Source of the DNA: Betaproteobacteria bacterium
Lineage (GTDB): Bacteria > Pseudomonadota > Gammaproteobacteria > Burkholderiales > SG8-41
Length of the DNA stretch: 64,000 nucleotides
Reading direction: 5' to 3'
Assembly (NCBI GenBank): GCA_046339595.1
Contig: JBKDUF010000046.1
Coordinates: 1,717-65,716 of the forward strand
Positions 9,641 to 18,396 of the stretch are shown in pieces. The position numbers and the translations under genes are program-made. The stretch's first letter is position 1. The number at the start of each line of letters is the position of its first letter. The notes under the pieces are model-generated. The model was not told the origin of the DNA, searched no databases, and saw only the letters and a program-made list of their open reading frames with translations.

Positions 9641-10627
9641 TTACTTCTTTGGCCCGAAGCCCGGCAGGAAACGCGGGCCGTCCTCGATGCCGTCGATCGG
9701 CGGGCCCGAGAGACCGTGGCGGGTGTCCTTGGCCACAAAAAACAGCACATCGCCATCGGCCGAGGCCACGCAGGAATGCACCACGCCAGCAGGCATGTGG
9801 ATCGCATGGTTGCGCGGCACCATAACACCTTCCTGGCCGTCGATGTCGGCAACCAGCGCGCCTTCCAGCACCAGATTGAACTGCTCGTTGGGGTGTGTGT
9901 GCAGCTTTGAGCCCGACCCACGACCCTTGCGGATCAGACCGACCTGGACCTTCTCGCCGACCAGTGCAGCGCCGAAAGACGAAGACTTGCCCGAGACCTT
10001 GCCCGTGGGCAGCACCTTGGCGCTGCAGGGACCTTCCGGCACCTTGTCGAGCTCATCCCATTTGTAGACGTAGCGCACCTTTTCCTCGGATACCCGCGGG
10101 CTCTGCGCAATGAGTTCTCCGTCGGGGCTGACCGGCCACTCGTTTTCGGACTTGCCGCCGAACCCCTTCAGCGCGCGCGGGCCGTTGAGCTTGCCGTCGA
10201 CCGGCGGTCCGACGATGCCGTGACGCGTGTCCTTGGCAGCGATGAAGTGCACATCCTCCTCGGGACTGGCAACATGCGAGTGCGGCATCCCGGCCGGAAT
10301 GTGGATGACATGGCCGGCCGGCACGCGCAGCACCTGCCCGTCGATGTCGGCGATCAGCGTGCCCTTGAGCACGTAATTGAACTGCTCGTTGGGATGGGTG
10401 TGCAGCTTGGAACCGGTGCCGCGCGGCTTGAACACCCAGGCCACATGCACGTGGGTGCCTGACAGCACCGGCCCGCGAGTGGTGGACTTGCCGGTATCCA
10501 GCGTTTCACCGGACAGCAGCCGGGTCGGCGCCACGCTGCAGCTGTTGGTGCCTTCCGGCACCGCATCCAGCGCATCCAGGTTGTAGACGAAGCGTTTCCG
10601 GACTTTCTCCTGGGTTGCCGTGCTCAT
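9641..10627 (-). CDS. bicupin protein B, paralogue of A
   Basis: 328 aa, collinear with bicupin A over its whole length. Examples: KLHTHPNEQFNYVLKGTLIADIDGQVLRVPAGHVIHIPAGMPHSHV versus KIHTHPNEQFNYVIQGTLIADMDGQVFRVPKGHVVHIPAGMPHSHV. Confidence 0.85.
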   Translation of the reverse strand: MSTATQEKVRKRFVYNLDALDAVPEGTNSCSVAPTRLLSGETLDTGKSTTRGPVLSGTHVHVAWVFKPRGTGSKLHTHPNEQFNYVLKGTLIADIDGQVLRVPAGHVIHIPAGMPHSHVASPEEDVHFIAAKDTRHGIVGPPVDGKLNGPRALKGFGGKSENEWPVSPDGELIAQSPRVSEEKVRYVYKWDELDKVPEGPCSAKVLPTGKVSGKSSSFGAALVGEKVQVGLIRKGRGSGSKLHTHPNEQFNLVLEGALVADIDGQEGVMVPRNHAIHMPAGVVHSCVASADGDVLFFVAKDTRHGLSGPPIDGIEDGPRFLPGFGPKK

Positions 10628-10657
10628 GCCTCTGCTCCTCCTGTGTCAAGTTTCGTT

Positions 10658-11485
10658 TCAGCCCCGCCAGTTGTCCGCGGCACCATTGCGTTCGATTTCG
10701 GCTTCCAGCGCCGGGGTTGACCGGACCATGGCGTAGCGGGCATTTTCCTTTCCCGCGACATTCCAGCACCAGGGTTTGCCTTTCGGCATGTGGATCAGGT
10801 CACCGGAGGAAACGCGCTTTTTCTCGCCATCGACTTCCGCATCCAGCGCACCCCGGATCACGTAGATGAAAATCTCGTGCGGCGAAGCCCCGCTCTCGCG
10901 ACCGTAGCCGGCCGGCGACTCGATGAGGCCGAAAGCCAGCTTGGCGCCTTCTACCCACTGCTCCCAGTGCGCCGATGCCGGCGGTGCATCCAGTGAATCG
11001 ATCATCGGATAGAAGCAGCGGCCGAGCCCCTCGATGATGGCCTGGGATTTCTGTGGCGCCTTCTCCTGCCCCGGCCACTTGCCCTCCTTGAGGGCCTTCG
11101 CCACCTGCGTCGCTGAGGGTGCCTCGTCCGGAAGCGATTCGTCAGCGGCCGAACCAATCAGGGTCCACGTGCGGTCCTTGATATACAGGTATTGCACCTC
11201 CCCGTCCTCGGTCGCGCGGAAGCTGTGGCGCGCGCAGGAGGGCACATGAACAAAGGTCCCGGGCGGCACAATCTGACGGTCCTGGCCGACCACGCAGTTG
11301 ATCTTGCCGGTGATCGGGAAGGTCATCAGCTCGGTGGGGTGGTAGTGCATTTCCGAGCCGGTTCCGGCGCGCTTGATGTTGATGCGGAAATACATGTACT
11401 GGCCTTCGATCACCGGCCCCTCGCCGCTCGACAGGTGGGGGTTGAGGTGGTGGCGCTTCATCTCGTGGAGTCGGAAAAACGGCAC
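10658..11485 (-). CDS. divergent bicupin protein C
   Basis: 275 aa. The N-terminal cupin has HYHPTE...H (GTGSEMHYHPTELMTF...HVPSCARHSF). The C-terminal cupin-like half (SPHEIFIYVIRGALDAEVDGE...IHMPKG) lacks the HxH pair. Confidence 0.75.
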   Translation of the reverse strand: MPFFRLHEMKRHHLNPHLSSGEGPVIEGQYMYFRINIKRAGTGSEMHYHPTELMTFPITGKINCVVGQDRQIVPPGTFVHVPSCARHSFRATEDGEVQYLYIKDRTWTLIGSAADESLPDEAPSATQVAKALKEGKWPGQEKAPQKSQAIIEGLGRCFYPMIDSLDAPPASAHWEQWVEGAKLAFGLIESPAGYGRESGASPHEIFIYVIRGALDAEVDGEKKRVSSGDLIHMPKGKPWCWNVAGKENARYAMVRSTPALEAEIERNGAADNWRG

Positions 11486-11520
11486 GGCAATCTCCAGTAT
11501 TCAAAAACCCTTCACCGCCA

Positions 11521-12501
11521 TCACTGCTTGGCCGCAACCTCGGCCAGCACCTTGGCGTACAGCTTCTCTTCGCTGTCGATAAACGCAGCAAGCTCGGCGC
11601 CGACGATCCACTCCTCGACCAGTCCGTTCTGCCTGACGTAGTTTTTCCACTCCGGCGTCTGCCGGGCGCGTTCCATCGCGGCGACGTAAAAATTCACGGC
11701 CTCCTGCGAAATACCCGGCGGCGCCACCAGCCCGCGGAATTGCTTGAGCACGCGGAACTTGTAGCCTAGGGATGCGAAGGTCGGCAGACCGGGGTATTGC
11801 TCGGCGGGATGCAGGCTGGCGAGGGGGCGTATGCGGCCGGTCTTGACATGCTGGTCCGCCTCGGAGGGCTGCTCCAGCACGAAATGGACATGCCCGCCCA
11901 GCAGCGCAACCACGGCCTCGGCACTGGAACGAAAAGGCGTGTAGGAAAACTCCACGCCCCTTTCACGGGCGAGGTCGCGGCCGGCAATCGATGGCGGCGC
12001 GCCGAAACCGCCGCCGCCCTGAAGTATCGCCCGCGGCTTCTGGCGGGCGCTGGCAATCATGTCGTTCATGTTCTTCCACGGCAGCCCGGCGTGCACATAC
12101 AGCACCATCGGCTCGACCACTGCTATGGCGATCGGTGTGAAGCTCTTGACCGTGACGTCTGACTTGGCGTTGAGCGGCGCAACGATCAATTGCGGCGAGA
12201 ATCCGAACAGGACATTGGGATTGCCGCGGCTTTGCACCGCGACATGGCGCCGCGCGCGGTCGCCACCCGCACCGCTCATGTTCTCGACGGTGATCCTGGA
12301 CTGCACAATCCGGTTTTTTTCCCAGGCCGCCGCCACCTGCCGCAGGAACATGTCGACACCGGAGCCAGGCCCGGCATGGGTGACCATGGTTAGCCGGTCG
12401 CCGGGCGCCCATTCAGCGGCACGCGCCGGAAGCGCATGCAGCAGGGTCAGGGTAAGGGCCAATGCAAGGACCGGGCCAAGCAAATGCCTGAGCGGGCTCA
12501 T
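11521..12501 (-). CDS. second TctC-type substrate-binding protein of the operon
   Basis: 326 aa with signal peptide ...LHALPARAAEW. Same subfamily as 7512..8495 (MVTHAGPGSGVDMFLRQVAAAW versus MVTHSAPGTGNELMLREIADIM; FSYTPFRSSAEA). Confidence 0.88.
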   Translation of the reverse strand: MSPLRHLLGPVLALALTLTLLHALPARAAEWAPGDRLTMVTHAGPGSGVDMFLRQVAAAWEKNRIVQSRITVENMSGAGGDRARRHVAVQSRGNPNVLFGFSPQLIVAPLNAKSDVTVKSFTPIAIAVVEPMVLYVHAGLPWKNMNDMIASARQKPRAILQGGGGFGAPPSIAGRDLARERGVEFSYTPFRSSAEAVVALLGGHVHFVLEQPSEADQHVKTGRIRPLASLHPAEQYPGLPTFASLGYKFRVLKQFRGLVAPPGISQEAVNFYVAAMERARQTPEWKNYVRQNGLVEEWIVGAELAAFIDSEEKLYAKVLAEVAAKQ

Positions 12502-12600
12502 GTTTCCTCCTCGAAAACGGTGTGTACGGACCCATGCTTGGCGACCGCTGTTGTTTTCGAACTGTATTCATCGACCATGCATAGAACAAATGCTTTTTGT

Positions 12601-12619
12601 TTATTGAAATCATCGATAA
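12601..12619. promoter_or_regulatory. candidate LysR-type T-N11-A box (TTAT-N11-ATAA) in divergent promoter region
   Basis: TTATtgaaatcatcgATAA lies 40 bp upstream of the LysR start and about 100 bp upstream of the tctC2 start. Pattern match by eye only. Confidence 0.3.
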
Positions 12620-12658
12620 CATCTATGCCAACCAAGACGCCCGCGGAGGGTTTGCATC

Positions 12659-13582
12659 GTGGAACTCCGACATCTGCACTACTTCCTGAAAATCGCCGAA
12701 ACCGGGAGCTTCACTCAGGCAGCAGCGGCATTGCGGGTGACCCAGCCCACGCTGTCCCACCAGATCAGGCAACTGGAACAGGAAATCGGGTCGCCCCTGT
12801 TCGACCGCATGGGCCGCAGCATCCGCATCACCCAGACCGGCCGCGTCCTGCGTGACCATGCCGAGCGTGCGCTGCGCGAACTGGAATCAGGGCTGGCCTC
12901 GGTGACCGCCCTGGACGAAATGGCGCATGGCAGCCTGCGTATCGGGGTATTCCGCTCATTCGGCAATTCACCGCTGCCCGGCGTGCTTGCAGACTTCCAC
13001 AATGCCTATCCCGGCATTCACGCCTCGGTGCTGGAAATGTCGCTGTCTGACATGGAAGAGGGACTGATCAGCGGCAGCATCGACCTTGCCATCACCACCT
13101 ACCTGCCGGCCACTTCATCGAAGCTCACCTCCGAAACACTGTTCAAGGAACCCTTGGTGCTCGCTGTGGGAGCCCGGCACGAGTGGTATGGGCGCACGAG
13201 TATTCCACTCGAGAAGCTCGAGTCCGTGAAACTCGTGCTCCGGCCAGCGGGAGCACCTTCACGCAGGCTGATCGAGCAGTGCTTTGCCGCGCGCAAGCTC
13301 AAGCCCACGGTGGTCATGGAAATGAACAGCAGCGAGGCCGCGCTCGCCACCGTCAGGAGCAGCGGGCTGGCCACCATCTGCGCAAAACGCGCCCTCGCGG
13401 ATGCCACAGGACTCTCCGCAATACGGATTGAGGCGCCGGAATTGCGGCGCCATGGCGCGATCCTCTGGCACCGGCATCGCCATCGCCCCAGAGCCGCGGC
13501 AATCTTCGCGGACATGGCCAAGCAGGCTTACGCCATCAACCGGGCAGAGCATGCCGGTTGTGTGCGCGGCAAACCGCGCTGA
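12659..13582 (+). CDS. LysR-family transcriptional regulator
   Basis: GTG start gives the typical MELRHLHYFLKIAETGSFTQAAAALRVTQPTLSHQIRQLE wHTH N-terminus. 307 aa. Divergent from the tctC2-bicupin-tctCBA operon. Confidence 0.92.
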   Translation: MELRHLHYFLKIAETGSFTQAAAALRVTQPTLSHQIRQLEQEIGSPLFDRMGRSIRITQTGRVLRDHAERALRELESGLASVTALDEMAHGSLRIGVFRSFGNSPLPGVLADFHNAYPGIHASVLEMSLSDMEEGLISGSIDLAITTYLPATSSKLTSETLFKEPLVLAVGARHEWYGRTSIPLEKLESVKLVLRPAGAPSRRLIEQCFAARKLKPTVVMEMNSSEAALATVRSSGLATICAKRALADATGLSAIRIEAPELRRHGAILWHRHRHRPRAAAIFADMAKQAYAINRAEHAGCVRGKPR

Positions 13583-13626
13583 TGGATAATGGCTATCCCG
13601 TATGTGACCTGCCACTGATCAGCGCC

Positions 13627-14502
13627 ATGTCCGAGTGCCAACCCGCCATACTCCAGGCCGTGCCGCCCCTGGCACGCTTTGCCAGCTATACCCTGCACCC
13701 CGGTTCCAAACCGGCGGCCAGCCTGCGCGCGCTGGCCAGACTCGCGGACGGCGACCGCACCGTCGCGGGGCTCGGCCTCTCGCTGGTGTCAGCGCTGGGA
13801 TATCACATCGAAGGGCTGCGCCCATTCCCCGAATTCAGCGGCTTCGGCATCGACATGCCTTCCACGCCGGCAGCGCTGTGGCTGTGGCTGCGCGGCAAGG
13901 ACGCCGGCGAGCTGTTCCACCGCCAGCGCGAAATCAATGCGGCGATCGGCGAAGCCTTCCGTGCAAACCAGGTGATTGATGCATTCAAACACGGCAGCGG
14001 CCGCGACATCACTGGCTACGAGGACGGTACCGAGAATCCCAAGGGAAAAAAAGCCGTGCAAGCGGCAGTCTGCACCGATAGAGGCCTCGCCGGCTCCAGC
14101 TTTGTTGCCGTGCAGCAGTGGGAACACGACCTTGAACGCTTCAACGCGATGTCACCTGCCGGACGCGACCACTGCATCGGCCGCCGTCTGTCGGACAACG
14201 CAGAACTCGACGATGCGCCAGATTCGGCGCACGTCAAACGCACCGCACAGGAAAGTTTTGATCCGGAGGCCTTCGTGGTGCGACGCTCGATGCCGTGGAC
14301 CGAGGGCCAGCGCTGCGGTCTGGTGTTCACCGCCTTCGGCCGCTCCCTCGATGCCTTTGAGGCGCAGCTGCGGCGCATGCTCGGCGTCGAGGACGGCACC
14401 AGCGACGCGCTGTTCCAGTTCACCCGGCCGCTGAGCGGCGCCTATTTCTGGTGCCCGCCGGTGAAGGGCGGCAGGCTCGACCTGTCGGCGATCGAACTCT
14501 GA
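13627..14502 (+). CDS. Dyp-type peroxidase (YfeX/EfeB-like, cytoplasmic)
   Basis: GYEDGTENPKG (GxxDG motif), FVAVQQWEHDLERFN and a C-terminal ...FTRPLSGAYFWCPP. Start set at ATG 13627 (MSECQPAIL, like the YfeX N-terminus); ATG 13582 is also possible. Confidence 0.85.
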   Translation: MSECQPAILQAVPPLARFASYTLHPGSKPAASLRALARLADGDRTVAGLGLSLVSALGYHIEGLRPFPEFSGFGIDMPSTPAALWLWLRGKDAGELFHRQREINAAIGEAFRANQVIDAFKHGSGRDITGYEDGTENPKGKKAVQAAVCTDRGLAGSSFVAVQQWEHDLERFNAMSPAGRDHCIGRRLSDNAELDDAPDSAHVKRTAQESFDPEAFVVRRSMPWTEGQRCGLVFTAFGRSLDAFEAQLRRMLGVEDGTSDALFQFTRPLSGAYFWCPPVKGGRLDLSAIEL

Positions 14503-14503
14503 C

Positions 14504-14899
14504 TCAGCCCGCGGTGACCTGCTTCCAGTAACTGTCCTTGGAGGCGATCAGGCCTTCGCGTACCGTGTCGATGTCGCAGCCGCGAAGGTCGACTGCAGCG
14601 CCATCGCTGCGGCGTATGGCGGTCATGCGGAAGGTGCCGACGACAAATTCACCGGCGGCGAACACCTGGGCATCGGAAAAGCGCACGCCGTCGAGTTCCT
14701 GCGCGCGTTCGGCCAGCGCCGCACGCAGCGCCTCGCGGCTCTCGACGATGCGGCCATGCGGCGCATCGGGGCCGCGCGCCATGATCCAGCGGACCTCCGG
14801 TGTGACCCAAGCGAGGATGCCCTCGACATCGGCGGCATCGAAGGCCTTGCCGAAGCGGCGGAACAGCCCCTGCAGCCCGGGGCCCAGCGGCACGCTCAT
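14504..14899 (-). CDS. SnoaL/NTF2-like small protein
   Basis: ORF 14504..15184 trimmed to ATG 14899, which overlaps the upstream gene's stop (ATGA). 131 aa. The size and pattern (FDAADVEGILAWVTPEVRW...FVVGTFRMTAIRRSDG...DSYWK) fit an NTF2-like fold. Assignment is tentative. Confidence 0.55.
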   Translation of the reverse strand: MSVPLGPGLQGLFRRFGKAFDAADVEGILAWVTPEVRWIMARGPDAPHGRIVESREALRAALAERAQELDGVRFSDAQVFAAGEFVVGTFRMTAIRRSDGAAVDLRGCDIDTVREGLIASKDSYWKQVTAG

Positions 14900-15327
14900 G
14901 CCGCGCCCAGCAGATTGCGCAGCCGGTCCGGCAGCGGCACCGATTTCTGCTCGGTGATGTCGTACCAGACCAGCGTCGCGTAACCCTCGGCGCACAGCGC
15001 ATCGGCCTCGACATGGCGCAGCCGGTAATGGGTCTGCACGCTGCTGCGCCCGACCCTGCCGGCATGCAGCGAGACCTCGACACTCGCCGGATAGTCGAGC
15101 GGGCGGTGGTAATGGCAGGCGGCGTTGAGCAGCACGATCACCGGATGCGGCGGCACTGTCGGAATGCCCAGTCCGGACACCCATCGCATGCGGGTTTCCT
15201 CCATGAAGCGGAAAAACCCGGTGTTGTTGACGTGGCCCTCGGCGTCCATGTCGCCCCAGCGCACCGGGATCACCGTGGTGAACACCAGGGCGCCGAGGGG
15301 CGCGTCCTCACTGACGACGCGGATCAT
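14896..15327 (-). CDS. acyl-CoA thioesterase, 4HBT/YbgC-like hotdog fold
   Basis: 143 aa with VRWGDMDAEGHVNNTGFFRFMEE, the hotdog thioesterase active-site region. Confidence 0.8.
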   Translation of the reverse strand: MIRVVSEDAPLGALVFTTVIPVRWGDMDAEGHVNNTGFFRFMEETRMRWVSGLGIPTVPPHPVIVLLNAACHYHRPLDYPASVEVSLHAGRVGRSSVQTHYRLRHVEADALCAEGYATLVWYDITEQKSVPLPDRLRNLLGAA

Positions 15328-15346
15328 GACGGCCGGGAGAGCAGCC

Positions 15347-16567
15347 TCAGACGACGTTGCGCTTGTGCAGGTCGGCGATTTCGCCGTCCCGGTAGCCCAG
15401 TTCGCGCAGGATCTCGTCGGTGTGCTGGCCGCAGTCCGGGGTCGCGCTGCGGATTTCGTGCGGGGTGCGCGACAGGCGGAACGGCTGGTTGATCACGGCA
15501 ACGTCGCCGACGCCGGGGATGTGCAGCGGCGCCGCCATCTGGTTGTACTGAACCTGCGGATCGGCAAAGACCTCATTCATCTTGTAGATGGGGCCGCCGG
15601 CCACACCGCATTCCTCGAAGCGCGCGGTCCAGTAGGCCTTGTCCTTCTGGATCATCAGCGCCTGCAGCTCCTGGTTCAGCGCGGCGCGGTTCTTCGAGCG
15701 CGTCGCACGGTCCTTGTATTCGGGCTTCTCGTTGAGGCCCTCGGCGCCCAGCGCCTTGCACAGCCGCGAGAACATCTCGTTGTCGCCGGCGGCAATGTTC
15801 ATGTAGCCGTCGCTGGTCTGGAACACGCCGGTGGGAATCGAGGTCGGGTGGTCGTTGCCGGCCTGCTCGGGCACTTCATGCTCCACGGTCCAGCGGGCGG
15901 CCTGGAAGTCGAGCAACGCAATCATCGCGTTGAGCAGCGACACCTCGATCCACTGGCCTTCGCCCGATTCCTCGCGTTCAAGCAGCGCGGTCATGATGCC
16001 CAGCGCGCAGTACAGGCCCGCGGCGGAATCCGATACGGCACAGCCGGCACGCATCGGGCCGCGACCCGGCTCGCCGGTAATCGCCATCAGCCCGCCCATG
16101 CCCTGGGTGACCTGGTCGAAACCGGGACGCTTGGCGTAGGGGCCGCTCTGGCCGAAGCCGGAGATGCTGGCGAGGATGATCTTCTTGTTGACCTTTTTCA
16201 GCGATTCATAATCGATACCGAGACGGAACTTCACGTCGGGGCGGTAGTTCTCGGCCACCACATCGGACTTCTCGGCGAGCTTCATGAAAATCTTCAGGCC
16301 ATCCGGATCCTTCAGGTTGAGCGTGAAGCCGCGCTTATTGCGGTGCAGGTTCTGGAAGTCAGCGCCGGTGCGTTTGCCGCCCCAGCCATCGGACAGGTTG
16401 AGCCCCGGCGGAGTCTCGATCTTGATCACGTCGGCGCCCCAGTCAGCGAGCTGGCGCACGGCGGTCGGGCCGGAACGCACACGGGTCAGATCGATTACAC
16501 GGAAGCGTGACAGCGGGCCGCGGCGTGGGGTGGAAGCAGTCATGGGAAATCTCTCGGTTTCGGTCAC
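15347..16567 (-). CDS. family III CoA-transferase (CaiB/BaiF/Frc-like)
   Basis: 406 aa. N-terminal LSRFRVIDLTRVRSGPTAVRQLADWGADVIKIE signature. Confidence 0.9.
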   Translation of the reverse strand: MTETERFPMTASTPRRGPLSRFRVIDLTRVRSGPTAVRQLADWGADVIKIETPPGLNLSDGWGGKRTGADFQNLHRNKRGFTLNLKDPDGLKIFMKLAEKSDVVAENYRPDVKFRLGIDYESLKKVNKKIILASISGFGQSGPYAKRPGFDQVTQGMGGLMAITGEPGRGPMRAGCAVSDSAAGLYCALGIMTALLEREESGEGQWIEVSLLNAMIALLDFQAARWTVEHEVPEQAGNDHPTSIPTGVFQTSDGYMNIAAGDNEMFSRLCKALGAEGLNEKPEYKDRATRSKNRAALNQELQALMIQKDKAYWTARFEECGVAGGPIYKMNEVFADPQVQYNQMAAPLHIPGVGDVAVINQPFRLSRTPHEIRSATPDCGQHTDEILRELGYRDGEIADLHKRNVV

Positions 16568-16747
16568 AGTTCAATGACATGCGCAAGATCAGCCGGACGG
16601 CGCAGTCCGGAACAACGTTCCGGCAGCCGAGGCGCAGGATTCAGCGCTGAGGAACCGGAGTTTCGCACAAAACGCCGCGATTTTGGCCTGATCAGGCCGC
16701 TCCGCATGGCCGGGGCGGCGATGCGGTCACTGCTATAGAATCCAGCC

Positions 16748-18238
16748 ATGAACGCCCCCGTGCAGAGAATGCCGGTTGACCTTGAGCGCCAGAGCGCAGT
16801 CTGCGCCGCGCTGCGCGCCTTCATGCCGGCGCAGAACGTGCTGTTTGAGCGGGAGGACGTGACGCCGTACGAATGCGACGGGCTCTCCGCCTACCGCCAG
16901 GTGCCGATGGTGGTGGCCCTGCCCGAAAACGAGGAGCACGTCTGCGCAATTCTCGAGGCCTGTCACCAGCTGCGGGTGCCGGTCACCGCGCGCGGCGCCG
17001 GTACCGGGCTGTCCGGCGGGGCCCTGCCGCTGGGCAACGGCGTGCTGCTCTCACTGGCCAAATTGATGAAGATCATCGCCATTGACCCGGCCTCGCGCAC
17101 CGCGCGGGTGCAGCCCGGCGTGCGCAATGTGGCGATCTCGGAAGCGGCCGCACCCCACGGCCTGTATTACGCGCCGGATCCCTCGAGCCAGATCGCCTGT
17201 TCGATCGGCGGCAATGTCGCCGAGAATTCCGGCGGCGTGCATTGCCTGAAGTACGGCCTCACCGTGCACAACATCCTGAAAATCCGCGTCGCCACGATCG
17301 AAGGCGAAATCGTCGAGCTCGGCAGCGGCGGGCTGGATGGCGCAGGCTACGACCTGCTCGCGCTGATGGCCGGCTCCGAGGGGCTGCTCGGCGTGGTCAC
17401 CGAAATCACGGTCAAGCTGCTGCCGCGCCCGGAATGCGCGCAGGTGGTGCTTGCCGCCTTTGATGATGTCGCGCGCGCAGGCCAGGCGGTGGCCAACGTG
17501 ATTGCCGCCGGCATCATCCCCGCCGGCATGGAAATGATGGACCAGCCGGCAACGCTCGCAGTGGAGCCCTTCGTCAACGCCGGCTATCCGACTGACGCTG
17601 CCGGCATCCTGCTCTGCGAATCCGACGGCACACGCGAAGAGGTGGCCGAGGAAATCGCGCGCATCGAGAAAATCATGGCCGACAGCGGCGCGCACCTGGT
17701 CCGCGTATCGAAGGATGAAAGCGAACGCCTGCGCTTCTGGGCCGGGCGCAAGGCCGCCTTTCCAGCCGTCGGCCGGCTGTCGCCGGACTACTACTGCATG
17801 GACGGCACCATTCCGCGCAAGCGGCTGGCCGAAGTGCTGCGCGGGATCACCGACATGGAAAAGAAATACGGCCTGCGCTGCGCCAACGTGTTCCACGCCG
17901 GCGACGGCAACCTGCATCCGCTGATCCTCTACGACGCCAACGACCCGGACCAGCTGAAAAAGGCCGAGGACTTCGGCGCTGAAATCCTCAAGCTGTGCAT
18001 CGATGTCGGCGGCACCATCACCGGCGAGCACGGCGTCGGCGTGGAAAAAATCGACTCGATGTGCGTGCAGTTCCGCGCGGTCGAACTCGAAACCTTTCAC
18101 GCGCTGAAGCACGCCTTTGACGAACACGGCCTGCTCAATCCGGGCAAGGCAGTGCCGGCTTTGCACCGCTGCGCCGAGTTCGGCCGCATGCATGTGCACG
18201 TCGGGCAGGAAAAATTCCCGGAATTACCCAGATTCTAA
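16748..18238 (+). CDS. glcD: glycolate oxidase FAD-linked subunit GlcD
   Basis: 496 aa. FAD-binding TARGAGTGLSGGALP and C-terminal GGTITGEHGVGVEK. Followed by glcE and glcF. Confidence 0.9.
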   Translation: MNAPVQRMPVDLERQSAVCAALRAFMPAQNVLFEREDVTPYECDGLSAYRQVPMVVALPENEEHVCAILEACHQLRVPVTARGAGTGLSGGALPLGNGVLLSLAKLMKIIAIDPASRTARVQPGVRNVAISEAAAPHGLYYAPDPSSQIACSIGGNVAENSGGVHCLKYGLTVHNILKIRVATIEGEIVELGSGGLDGAGYDLLALMAGSEGLLGVVTEITVKLLPRPECAQVVLAAFDDVARAGQAVANVIAAGIIPAGMEMMDQPATLAVEPFVNAGYPTDAAGILLCESDGTREEVAEEIARIEKIMADSGAHLVRVSKDESERLRFWAGRKAAFPAVGRLSPDYYCMDGTIPRKRLAEVLRGITDMEKKYGLRCANVFHAGDGNLHPLILYDANDPDQLKKAEDFGAEILKLCIDVGGTITGEHGVGVEKIDSMCVQFRAVELETFHALKHAFDEHGLLNPGKAVPALHRCAEFGRMHVHVGQEKFPELPRF

Positions 18239-18271
18239 AAAACAAAGCAGCAACAGGACACTATCAACTGC

Positions 18272-18370
18272 AAAATCAATTAACAGGATATGCAGGATGG
18301 GCAGGATCAAGAACAGGAATTAATCATCGCGCATTGTTTTATCCTGAATATCCTGTCCATCCTGTTAATT
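18272..18370. repeat. CAGGAT-array palindromic element, copy a (glcD|glcE spacer)
   Basis: Left arm: AAAATCAATTAA-CAGGAT-atg-CAGGAT-ggg-CAGGAT-caagaa-CAGGAA. Right arm: TTTT-ATCCTG-aat-ATCCTG-tcc-ATCCTG-TTAATT. Confidence 0.85.
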
Positions 18371-18396
18371 AGTTTCTTGTCTTCTGTGTGGCTTTA

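Noticed and set aside
8563-9921. 5'-extended versions of real genes in the ORF track. Examples: 8563..9921, 7512..8615, 14504..15184, 33088..34074, 33971..35101, 42618..43865, 43823..44836, 44977..46443, 47145..48005, 53783..54913, 57565..58833.
   Set aside because: The extensions run through the upstream gene or spacer in Arg/Pro/Ala-rich nonsense. In each case an internal ATG, GTG or TTG with an SD or a stop-start overlap yields the canonical N-terminus (signal peptide or family-typical start), so I trimmed them.
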